64,000 nt of DNA. It comes from Takakia lepidozioides. Its lineage: Eukaryota > Plantae > Bryophyta. Shown here piece by piece: positions 49,001 through 60,030 of this stretch (its first letter is position 1; each line of letters begins with the position of its first letter). Below the pieces are notes generated by a model, which saw only the letters and a program-made list of their open reading frames with translations, did no database searches and had not been told where the DNA came from. Where the stretch lies: contig CM060734.1 of the NCBI GenBank assembly GCA_030704615.1, positions 6,324,001 through 6,388,000 on the forward strand. The letters are read 5' to 3'. The position numbers were made by a program, and so were the translations under genes.

Positions 49001-51540
49001 CGAGTACAAAAAGCAAGCGGGGCTGTTATAACCCTTGCCGATTCCAGAGGGGTCTTGGGAAAGTGTCTCGATGGATTTCATGACTGATATGCCGCTGTCA
49101 AAAGGATTCAATGCAATCATGGTGGTGGTGGATAGGTTCAGTAAAATGGGCCATCTCATCCCCACCAAGGAGACGGCAACGGCGCAGGAGACGGGACGAC
49201 TTTACTTCGCCCACGTCTTCAAGCATCATGGACTCCCGAAGGATATTGTCTCGGACCGCGATCCAAAGTTTACAAGTAAGTTTTGGAGGGCACTTTGGAA
49301 GAAAATGGGGACGAGGCTCCAAAATGAGCACCGCCTTCCGACCTACGACGGACGGCCAAACGGAAAGGGTGAATTCCGTGGTGAAGCAGATCTTGCGGAA
49401 TTACGTGTCGGCAGACCAATCGGACTGGGTGGAGCACGGCAGAGTTTTGTTATAATAACACAAAACATTCTGCAACGGGAGTTTCCCCCTTCGTGTTGGT
49501 TTATGGAAAAGCACCTCTGGTGCCGACAAGTTGGGCCGCCCAAAACGTTGAGGAACCGACAGCAGCGGCAATGCTGGAAGAACAAGAGCGTTTGTTGAAG
49601 CTCGCAAAGTACAACATTGCCAAAACTAGGAAACGGTATGAACGGCAGGTGAATCGGAAGCGGAGGGAGGTTAAGTTTGAGGCAGGCACGGAGGTCTAGT
49701 TGAACATCAAGAATTTTCGACTACCTCCGGAAGTGAGTCCAAAGTCCGTACCTCCGTATACAGGGCCCTTTCGCATCCGGAAGGTTATGAACGAGGATGT
49801 GTACGAATTGGAGCTGCCGGCAAATAGCAAGGTGCATCCGGTATTCCACGTCTCCTTTTTGAAGCCTTACTTCAAAGATGAAGCGCGTCCGAATCGGCAT
49901 CAAGTGTTGCGTCCACCACCTGTGCTGTTAGATCAAGAAAATGAACCTGAGTACGAGGTGGAGGCAGTGCTTAAGTCGAGGCGGTTCAAGAATCGAGAAA
50001 CGGAGTATCTCGTGAAATAGAAGGGCTATCTTCATGTGGAGGCATCTTGGGTGCGTGCCTCAGAATGGGAAACGCATCCGAGGCGGTTGCAGCTTTCGAA
50101 GGGCGACCTCAAAAGTAGGAGAGGTAAATTGGGTTAATCGTGTATTTGCGCAGTGCCGAAATCGGGTGACTCCCACCCAAGGGGCAAGGAAACTTGCGCC
50201 TTCTTTGGGAGTTCATGTGCTAGTGCGCACCTGGCGCGTGCGCATACTATAACTGCACTACCGAGGGGGTTGCTTTGTAGTGCAGGCTAACGCGGAAGCT
50301 ACGTGCTTCCGTTCACGTACTATAATCGTGTAGCCTCGGGACGAAGTCGTAGTGCGGCTTTGGCATGTTCCCGTACCTCAGGCCAGCATTCCAAGGCAGA
50401 CCCAATTGTAGTGATTGGGGCGCACGGTTGGTTCAAGGTTATCTTCCTAGTAAAAAAGGGTTCAAGGTGAACCCTTGCTCAAGGTGATGCCAAAAAGTGG
50501 TATCACGAGCGGTCGCAAGCAAATGTTGTTGCAATAAGGCGATTCGATCCTCGGGGAGGATCGTTCCTTGGCCTTGAAGTGGGCCAAGAAGAGTGCACTA
50601 GGAGGAGCTTGAGAGGCTCCACCCTTGGCCGGGACTTGGAGGAAGTCGGCCGAACTAGCTAGTGGAGAGTAGAGTCAAGTGGGGGTTTGGTTCTTTGCTA
50701 TGGGACGCCATGGTACGGAAACAAACTCCTTGATGTGGGATGCCACAACTTGGATGTTTGTTTCTACAAAATGGACAAGTCGATGAGGACATCGACTCCC
50801 TGTTGGTAGGGGTGTGTGTCGCGGCCCTTTGCCTTGGGGGCAGGAGATCGGGACACAAGAGGGGCTGCCCTTGTGGTGGGGGCGGTGGCAACAATAGATG
50901 CGGGGGCTGAAGCACCCTCGAGTGCCCAAGGCACTCAAGGAGGCGGAGGCGCTCACTAGGTGGAGCCCCGCACACTGGGTTGCGGTGGGGGTGGTTCCAC
51001 GAGGGGTGGTGGTAGCTTAGCGGGACTTAGTGGGGGTGGCATAGGACTCACCATGGGGCGGAGACCTTGTGGTGGGAGTCGTGGGGAGTCTTGGGACTCA
51101 TCATGGTCCAATGGGGCCGTGGTGGGTGGGCCAAGACTCACCGCGACTCATCACCGGGAATCGAGGGTCTTCGTGGTGGTTCGCCATAAAAGGATGGTGT
51201 TGTTTGTGGAACCCCCGCGGACAGTCACAGAAGTATATATAGGGAGTAGTAACCCTGAGAACGGTGCAAGCCCGTTGGTGACCAAAAACTAGTGAATAAG
51301 CGAGCGAGCCGGAAAACGACCAAGGAGTGGGGAGCTATTCCGGACTGCCATCTACCAAAGGGAATTTCCACTAGGCCCAAATTGGTGGAGGTCTGTTGGG
51401 GGAAGAAAGGGGGACCGTTATGTCCCGGTGAGCAGCCAAAGCTCCGAGTTGGCCCGGCGGCCAGGTTGGGAGTTAGGCGCGCGCATCAAAGCGCGTAACT
51501 ATGACTTGAAGGGGAGCTTACCGAAGTGAGGTGCGCGACA
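46044..51540 (+). mobile_element. Chromovirus copy (plus strand), 5'-truncated in gag: gag-PR-RT-RH-IN-chromodomain, 3' LTR 50817-51540
   Basis: [12 protein letters not shown], with YINNIL in place of YIDD; [16 protein letters not shown]; IN SMDF, SDRD; chromodomain EYEVEAVLKSR..EYLVK*KGY..ASW at ~49950-50050; purine-rich tract before the LTR. Confidence 0.93.
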
Positions 51541-53151
51541 CAAGACACATAGAACGGTGCTCCTCTCTGAAATCTGGTGCCATGAGCCGGGTTGTATACT
51601 GTGACAAGCTCTGCAGAAAATGGAACCCACAAGATCTCTCCTTGCCTTCCATCGGAACATTGGGGTCTTCCCCGTACACCCTTCGAATGGCAGCCCAATT
51701 TGCTTGTGCGTTGTCCGCAATGAAACCACGGAAATTGGGAGGGGGCAATCTCGCCCTGGCCATCTGTTCGTTTATTCCCTGCCAAAGAAGCATCTCCGAT
51801 TGTGTGTCCTCTCCTTTCATCTCACAAATAGCAATTGTCATTAGCATCATGCAGTTGGTGTCGTAGACATGTGCAGCCATTGTCACCCACTGATGATTTG
51901 TAATTCACTTGATATGGTCGAACATGACCCAACTGTTTGACAAGTCCCCACTCGTCATCCGGTGGACCAGTTTGACGCCGCTGCCAGGCCCACACGTGGA
52001 CATTTTGAATACGAAACAACGATCTGCCTCAGTCCCTTGTCCAGGAAACCTACTTCCATGAATGTAGTCATATCCACATCGTCGCTTCACCTCCAGAATG
52101 GAGTGTATATCCGAGCCACGCCCAATTTTCTGTTTGTATGAGACAATGTGGTTTTGGACATTCGGTGAACAGACGTGGGACACTGACTCCAGCAATGCCT
52201 CCATTTCCTTCTCATCGAGAGGAACTTTGTCGGAGCCGTCTTCCGACATAATTCTGGCCAATGTCATCTTTATGGGCGGCCTGCAGCTGTATCTGTTTGG
52301 GTTTGGCACCAAGTCTCAACTTAACCTCCTCCTGAACGAGCTGCTCTGCCTCGTGGGCAGCCTCCCGCGAGTTCCCCCTCGCCAATTTGTGACAATTGTA
52401 TGCAAGCTCGTGTGAGGTCAGGGAAACGGTGCAACACATAGAACTGTTTGGCATTACAAACAGACATGCAATGTGGTGGTTCTTTGCAATGCGCACACTT
52501 AAATGTGGAGTTTGGAACCTTCTTCTGAGCTCGAAATGGTTGATGAGCTATGCCTGTCCAATCCGTCTCGTTCCTGTGACCTCTGGATTTAAAGTGGAAG
52601 CAAGTTGGGGAGAAACACTGCAACGCACCCGCACAAACAACGTAGCGCACCCGCACACCATCGAGCATCTTCATGCTAGTGGTTTTGGTGATGCACCAAG
52701 GATGACCATCATGTTTCCTATCCATATCTGTCAACATTCCAGACGCCCTCGAATAGTCCGTTCGAGGAGGGAACTCAAAGAACATATTACCGTTGACGTT
52801 TGCGGAAAGACATGTAACGGATTTAATGGCAAACTTGCTGTAGTCTAGCCCAGCCAGCTCCGAGCGGTGTCCCTCCATGTGAAGCCCTCGCAGAATTTCA
52901 AGAATGGATCGAACTGCTGTGTTCGTGCTGGGAATATGACTCCCTCGTCCGCTGATGTCCATTAAGGACTTGCCTGATCTCCAGGATGATCTTGGAACTT
53001 CCGTGACCTCGTCGGAGTCGGACAGGTTATGAACAACCCGGTTCTCGCTCGTCTTCATTGATGGGTTCGGCTCTGGATTTACTTCATTGCGGACTTCTCT
53101 CTTTGAGGTGCCCACTCTCTGATTCGCGGATTGTTTCGTGGAAGGCGCCAT
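51541..53151 (-). pseudogene. Mutator-like (MULE) transposase with a GCM-like Zn DNA-binding domain, 3'-truncated by the chromovirus
   Basis: N-terminal DGHPWCITKTT..CAGALQCFSPTC..CAHC..C.A..H. Core WVMFDHIK, FIADNAQANW, CGFHFLQSL (D, D and CxxH of MULE). Frameshifts and stops. Confidence 0.75.
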
Positions 53152-54036
53152 GATAGAAGGTGCATTTGGCGGGCAAATGAAGTCCCCAACAGCCCTGTAT
53201 ATGACGTTGTCCCATCGTGGAACTCACCATTCCCTGCCGTCGCCGAAATCATCGTGGAGCACAACAATACTTTCGACTACAACTCCGTTTGAATCCTTCC
53301 TTTCCTCCTCCAAAAATACCGACCCCGGTTTAAGGTGGTATCGAACGCAGAGATATTTCTCCATCACCCGGCAGATGTCCCCTCTGCACGGAAATGTAGC
53401 TCTATGCTTGTGAGGAGGGCATTACACTATAGCGCTCGGGTTTTCTGCCATGGGAGATGTGCACACAAGAGTGCCAGGACGGCGTTCGAACAAGCGCCCT
53501 GGGAGAAGGGGGATGCAGCGAGGGGAAGGAATGCACGGCCGATTTTTCCGAGCGACGAAGCCTATTCACGAATCCGGGGAGCCCACTCTCCCAAAAATCC
53601 ACTGTCAGAGAGTTAATGAACCTTGTCTGCGGAATGCGGCCCCTGGCCTTTGCACAATAACTGCCAACGGTATGCAGTCAGAAGGTATATGACCTTTGCA
53701 CATGCGCTGCGCAAACCAATCATTACGGCGTCTGACAAGAAGCGTGGGGGGGGGGGCGAGCATGCAAGCACCTTCCCCATGGACAGAGGGAACTGACAGA
53801 GGTGGCATTCCAGTGGGTCTGATTACAAGATTGAGTGCCAGACCCTCGCTGCCAAAAGTCAACATACAACAAAATGCAACATTGCGCAAAAAATGGAACT
53901 TTGGTTCAAAAGAGGCATTTTTATTAATAATAAACTGTGACAAGTATGCATGCCCTCACAAGCCGAGGGAAGCCAAAAGTATGCATGTCATCCATGCTCA
54001 GGTAAGTTGGGAATTTTTTCCCGTGTTGCACTATCC

Positions 54037-54463
54037 TCACCAAGAAGCTGGAACCTCGATTGGCCTCTCAACAAGCTCATGACTGACAGGGTGTCGGTAG
54101 GTGAAGACAATGGATGGAGCCCATTCGCCTTTGGTGTAGTGGACAACGGTGTCATGTCCTCCAATATATGCGCCATCGTAAATCGAGATCTTTGTTGTGG
54201 AGAGACTGTGTCCATAGGACTCATCCTCGTAGCTTATGATAATGTCCCCATACACTGTTTGGGATGGAATCCTCTCTGGTATGTACGTACACCCGATGCA
54301 ATCCTCGTAGGCCCACTGGCAGCACCTCTAATGATGTAGTAAGGCCGTGCGGCTTTTGGGGATGTTCCATGCAGGCGGATACTGCAGATCAATGAGAAAG
54401 TCGTATCGGGGGGAGAGGCGACACCAGGCCGACAGAGATCAGCCTCCGGAAGGAAAAACGGCA
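54037..54463 (-). pseudogene. CCQW-family copy 3 (5'-truncated), upstream of the MULE transposase
   Basis: My translation SRTALLHH*RCCQWAYEDCIGCTYIPE..VYGDI..KISIYDGAYIGGHDTVV..FTYRHPVSHELV aligns with copy 1. Confidence 0.75.
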
Positions 54464-57400
54464 ATCTTCTAGCAACATATTAGAGTTGGGTATTTTCTTA
54501 TGGTGCCACAAGGAGCAAAGCCATATCTAAGAGAGAAGTATAGAAGCACTTGATCAAAGGACATGGTAGTCACTCAATCATAAGGTATCTGATTCTGATA
54601 TAAGGCATCGGCTACAGGAGACTAGCTAACAAACGGATCATGTATAAGGTGTACACATACTCCCGTAAGCTGTCTTACCAGGGCTTAGCTCATAATATCG
54701 GCATTCAGAAGTCCTTTAGATGCTCTATGCTTATTTCAGATATCATCAAGGATCCTTACTTTTCAGACCCAATCAATCAACCGTACTATTGCTGGAGAAG
54801 ATCATACCTGGCCAAGGAAGATTCATACCCCAGGGCTTTCAGTTCATCATTCCAGTTTGGAATGTGTTTGTTGCCTATCTGCCAAGGCCCTTCAAAAAAT
54901 ATTGTTAGTACATCAAAATGAGAAGGTGAAACAGGAAATGAGAAGGGTAGATGGTGTGTACAAAAACCACTAAGTACACTGATCAGATAAAGAGAGGGAA
55001 GATATATATGTCATGTCAGGACATGGACAAGACCACTAAGGTCATTGTCATTGAAAGACAATGCAGCCCTTTACAGCGCACCATCTAACAACCCTTTTTT
55101 TTTAACCATCTCATTTGAATACCTCGTTACATTTCAGGGTATCTGAAAAAACAGGGTGGGAGGGTGGGATTCATGGTCATTCATATCATGAAAGCACCAT
55201 GGGTTGACATCAAACATTCATCACCATACTTGTAGATTGTAATCTCATTTCAAAAACCCAGATTGCAGGTCTGGAGATAAATCTCCAGAGCCAAGCATAT
55301 AGTACTTAAAATTGAAATTGAAACATTAAGACATACATGTCTTAAGCATATTCCAGCCAACCTATACTGGTACATCTGGATCTGGTATTTCTATTGCAGG
55401 CCAGCGGAGATGCAAAGCACCACAATATAGGGAGTATATTAAGAGACCATATAGAGCTTACCAATTTTTTGTCCCAAGAGATCACTTGGGGTACTTTAGA
55501 AAACAGTTTGAAGTCTAAAAAGAGCCCAACAATGTGATGCTTGTTAGTCTATAAATAACCACAATGTTTGTTTTACAAGACATAAGACACAAGCAAGATT
55601 CATAAAATAAAAATAGGGCCAAGTCTTTTTAAGCAGATACAAGTCTGGAGTGGTATTCCAGGGTCTTAAGAACAGCTCTGCCAGGGTAGAAAGGTAATTC
55701 AAAAACCCTATTTGCAGTCCATCGTATGAAATCAAAGTGAAATGAAGGTCTTGCAGAATGTGTGTTGTGTAGTAAGGCACAACGGTCCGTCTTAATAACC
55801 AGCCAAGAGGTTTCATTGTAGAGCCGAATTTCAGTGCAGCCAAGGTACCGACTGCCACATTGTACCCGCATTGAAACATGAAAAAAAAAGTAGATAAATC
55901 GGTAGATTTGTATTCCATGAGTTCTCATGTCTGCCCTACCTCCTGCCATGTAGATATAGTTGCAAGAAACCACAAACAAGGTAAGGAGCAGAAGTAGATC
56001 CTCATTGGAGCCAAGTTGAAGCAGGTCTACATCCGTATGCTGGCAGTTTTGAAGCAGCAAGAGGCTCAGTAGCAAGCAACAGCAGCACCCACATTTGCAA
56101 GAATAGGAACTGCAAGCTTCAAGAAATCAAGACAAGTGAAGACCCTCACGTAGTGAGGATGCATCAGGTGAGTGGCAGGTCTTCACAGTTGCTATCCATG
56201 TCAGTGTTGAATTCCTAAAGATGTACAGATCACAATTCAAGCAAGGGTAAACTCAAAAAACCTTGAGTGTTTGTGGTATGCCATGGCGTCCAACAGATCG
56301 TCTCCAACAGAACGCAATCAAGTAGAAAAAACAAACACAAAAAAAAAAAAAGAGTTCATTCCCAGATAGAGAATAGTTCATACAAAGAGAGTCCACATGT
56401 AATCTGTCGATATAGGGATAGAGTACTTCCCAACGAGAGTAAAAGCGCCGCTGCAAATTAAAAGAACCATGAGGGTCTGAGCAAACGATCATCGCTTTGT
56501 CGCCTGCCACAGAGAATCTGCCTAACCGCCAATGCCCTCATCCCAAGAGCCAGCCACATCACGATACCATGTAGCAGCAGGGGAGCAGATTTAACACCGA
56601 CGCATCGTCAAGGGATCCCCTGAAGCACGAGTTCTGTGCTGTGAAAATGTGTCGTCCCAATTAGGGCACAGCTCCTCAATTCTCATCCAGGGTGGACGAA
56701 AAGTCGCATTTTTAGCACGAGATGCACTTTGTCAATGGATGAATCCCAACCAAAGGTATCTTTTAGGGTTAAGGTATAGGCTCAGTTTAATAATGCCATC
56801 ATTTTAATAAATGATGGTAAAATTACTATCTCTTGGATTAAAATAGGTCACCAGTTATTCATGTAGTTCATCCTTTAGATGAAAGAAACAAATGGTAAAC
56901 CAAGCTTTATGGACATTAAGTTTCATCATCCTACAATAAATCAGCCAATTTGAATGAAAAAAGATTGGGATAAAAACCAAAAACTTGCCTCAAAAGGTTA
57001 AGGCCAGATGAAATCCAAAGGTTATAGAGAGGGAGAGGGGAGAGAGGGGAGAGAGGGACCCACCAGCCAATCCCCTGGCATGGCAGAACCTTACGGAGTG
57101 AGTGTGGTATGCACTCACCCCGTAAGGATTGCATACCAGACCCCTTCTCATAAGGTTTTCCCTCTTCCATGTAGTTCTATCCTTAGATTTATTATCCAAG
57201 GGAGTAGAATCTACATACCTCACTTCCTGGGTCATGAATGAAACATTGGCCTAAAGTGTATCATAGCAAGACTGGTATAAAGTATCACGAGAAAAGAACA
57301 GAGAGTTCATGGTATACTCTAGCTCTGGATAGGTACAAAGTTTTAGAAAATACCTTTCAGTTTCTCAATAAGTTCTTTGCACAGGGAGACACGGAGGCTA

Positions 57401-57580
57401 GGGAAGGAACTCGTTCAAGGAACCTTGTCAAGATACAACAGCAGCTCAGGTCTATGGCACCATGCCTGTGATATAGACAAAACATCTTCTAGCAACAAAT
57501 TAGAGTTGGGTATTTTCTTATGGTGCCACAAGGAGCAAAGCCATATCTAAGAGAGAAGTATAGAAGCACTTGATCAAAGG
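54464..57580. repeat. 3.1-kb segment bounded by 97-bp direct repeats (54464-54560 / 57484-57580) containing host-like intron/exon DNA
   Basis: The repeats differ at one base and lack TG..CA ends. Minus-strand splice-like signals inside. Confidence 0.7.
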
Positions 57581-57582
57581 CA

Positions 57583-57766
57583 AACCGTAGTAATTCTAGA
57601 GCTAATACGTGCACCAACTCCCGACTTCTGGAAGGGACGTATTTATTACATAAAAGGCCGATGCGGGCTTGCCCGGTAACGCGGTGAATCATGATAACTC
57701 GTCGAAATCGCACGGCCCAGCGCTGGCGATGTGTTTCATTCAAAATTTCTACCCTATCAACTTTCG
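57583..57766 (+). rRNA. Isolated 18S rRNA gene fragment (5' domain), non-functional
   Basis: AACCGTAGTAATTCTAGAGCTAATACGTGC...CCCTATCAACTTTCG are conserved eukaryotic SSU motifs; several indels. Confidence 0.92.
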
Positions 57767-58009
57767 CGCTTTCAGTTCCAAATCATATCTCATGTGCATA
57801 TATAGTGTTTGCTGCAACAAACACTCTGCCAGTATACCAATGTTCCCTCATGGAACACTGCGACTTCCTAAACATGGATCTCTAACCTTGTACCCTATTA
57901 TCAATATCTCTACCCCACTGCAGTATTCCTTATAGAGAGAGAAAAATCACAAAGGTAGTGAGGGCGTAAAATGAGAGATTGTAGAGCAGTGGTTGCTGCT
58001 CCCCTTATC

Positions 58010-58495
58010 TGAGTGAATGATGTCAGGCACAGGAAAACCCACAAAGGCCTCGTGGATTGTGATGTTTGCAGGGTATGCGCAGGGGTGCGGGATGGAGGCG
58101 GCTTGGAGACCTATGAGCAAATGATGGGGAAGGGGTGAAACGCCCACATAACGTTTGTGTGCGTTTGAGTGCGTCTGGCAGCCCTGGCAAAGAGATCCAT
58201 GGTGACTCATCAATTATACCGATGTCATCCTGAACACTGCTCTGGTGGACAATATGCAAAGTGGGAGCATGAGGATGCCAAAAGAGTGTTTCAACCTATG
58301 GCCTGAACGAGATGTGGTGTCGTGGAACACGATTGCTTGCAAGGGTGTGCACATCAGGGGCGTGGATGGGGCTTTGGAGACTATCAGCAAATGGGGGGGA
58401 AGGGGTGAAGCTCGACCACATCAGGTTTGTGTGTGTTTGCAGTGCGTGTGCAAGCCTGGCAGCCTGGAAAAGTGCCAAGAGGTCCGTGGTTCTAG
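58010..58495 (+). pseudogene. Degenerate PLS-class PPR gene fragment
   Basis: DVILNTALVD..GSM..ERDVVSWNT..EGVKLDHIRFVCVCSACASLAA across frameshifts. Confidence 0.75.
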
Positions 58496-59378
58496 TAGTT
58501 AGGTAAAAATGGTGTGTCAAGCCAGAGTGAGGTCCTCTGAGGTGTAGAAAGTATCCAATCCTTTTTAGCCAGAATGTACACCATGAACTCTGCGCCATCC
58601 CATGAGATAAGCGGTCCATGCGAGTCATGTTTTGATTGAGACTTTTAACTTCGGAGGACCCTACACCGGAAATACAAGACGCAAATCGGGGAAGCACATG
58701 CAAACCCAGAGTATCATGTGAATAGCTTTATTCAATGTGCTTTCTAACCAAGCGTTAAGATGAATATTGGTTGATCAGGCATTGCTATTTGCTCCGGCCG
58801 GGTTCGAACCGAGATCCTCTGTTAGAAATAGAATTGCTATTCGAGTCGAGGTCATTTTTAGAAATGGCCAGAGTGTGGTCCTCTGAGGTGCAGAAAGTAT
58901 CCAATCATTTCCCACTGATATACAAGCATAGGCTCAAAATATTTACAAGACCGTAGTAGAATTGAAAACCAATCTGACACATCATATCTAGGGGATTCAA
59001 ACCCATTCCGGTGGGGGAGAATGGAAGGTTTTGAAATGTTTTTATCTGGACTCAAACTCTCTCTGTAGAGGGCGAGTGGATGGTTTTGAGACTTTGTGAT
59101 CTGTTTCTCTTTCTTTGATAAAAAGTCTTATGTCAAAACAATGTATAGTTGTACAGCCACTAAGTCGTGTCATTGTTAGATTTCAGTTTAAAGTGTGCAA
59201 ACAGAGATTTTGGGTTCTTTCACACTCGGGTCGAGTGTTCCCCATTGGTCGCCATATATGTCGATCAATTTTTCGGATCATAATTTAGAATAGCACATTT
59301 TATGTACATTAGTATATATTTTATGAAGTTTAATACGAAATCATAGTAAGAAATCATAAATAAAATGGAATTCTAGCA

Positions 59379-60030
59379 ATGGCAGAGCCGGAGGACCAGT
59401 CGAAGGACAACTCCTTGATTCCGGGATTGACAGACCATGTGACACTAGAATGCGTTGCACGGGTGTCTCGCTCTTATTATTTACCGTTGAAAGGTGGTTG
59501 TAAGAAATGGCAGAATGCGCTAGCGGTGGTTGATGACGAAGGCCGCAACGACGTCCTTGAGACTCGCAAACGGGTAGAGATCAAGGAGGAATGGGTTTAC
59601 ATGTTGGCTGGGCCTGCACACAATGTACAACCTCTCATACGTGCACGGAAGTGGTGGGCGTTTGATTCCGTTAGTATGCGGTGGCGATGTCTGCCAAACT
59701 GCCCTGTGGATTATACCTTTGAAGTTTCTGAGAAGGAGTCGGCAGTTACAGGAACTCAGCTTTTGGTTTGCGGACAGTACCCTAGAGGCTACATGGTATG
59801 GAGATATGATTTAGAACTCAACGAATAGTCTTCAACACCAAGAATGATTCAGGATCGATGTCTTTGTAAGTTAGCAAATGCAGGAAAATATGCTTATCTT
59901 GCTGGAGGATCTCACCAGCATCGATGTCTTTGTAAGTTAGCAAATGCAGGAAAATATGCTTATCTTGCTGGAGGATCTCACCAGCAGACGACTCTCAGAA
60001 CAACACTACAACTCGCTACTTCAAGCATGG
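59379..60030 (+). pseudogene. F-box/kelch-repeat protein pseudogene
   Basis: SLIPGLTDHVTLECVARVSR (F-box), EEWVYML, WWAFD, EKESAVTGTQLLVCG, VWRYDL, AYLAGG. Premature TAG at 59826, a 66-bp tandem duplication (59854-59986), and truncation. Confidence 0.88.

Noticed and set aside
59854-59986. Two unrelated tandem duplications both 66 bp long (here and at 10875-11004)
   Set aside because: No shared sequence; most likely a coincidence of slippage or repair events.
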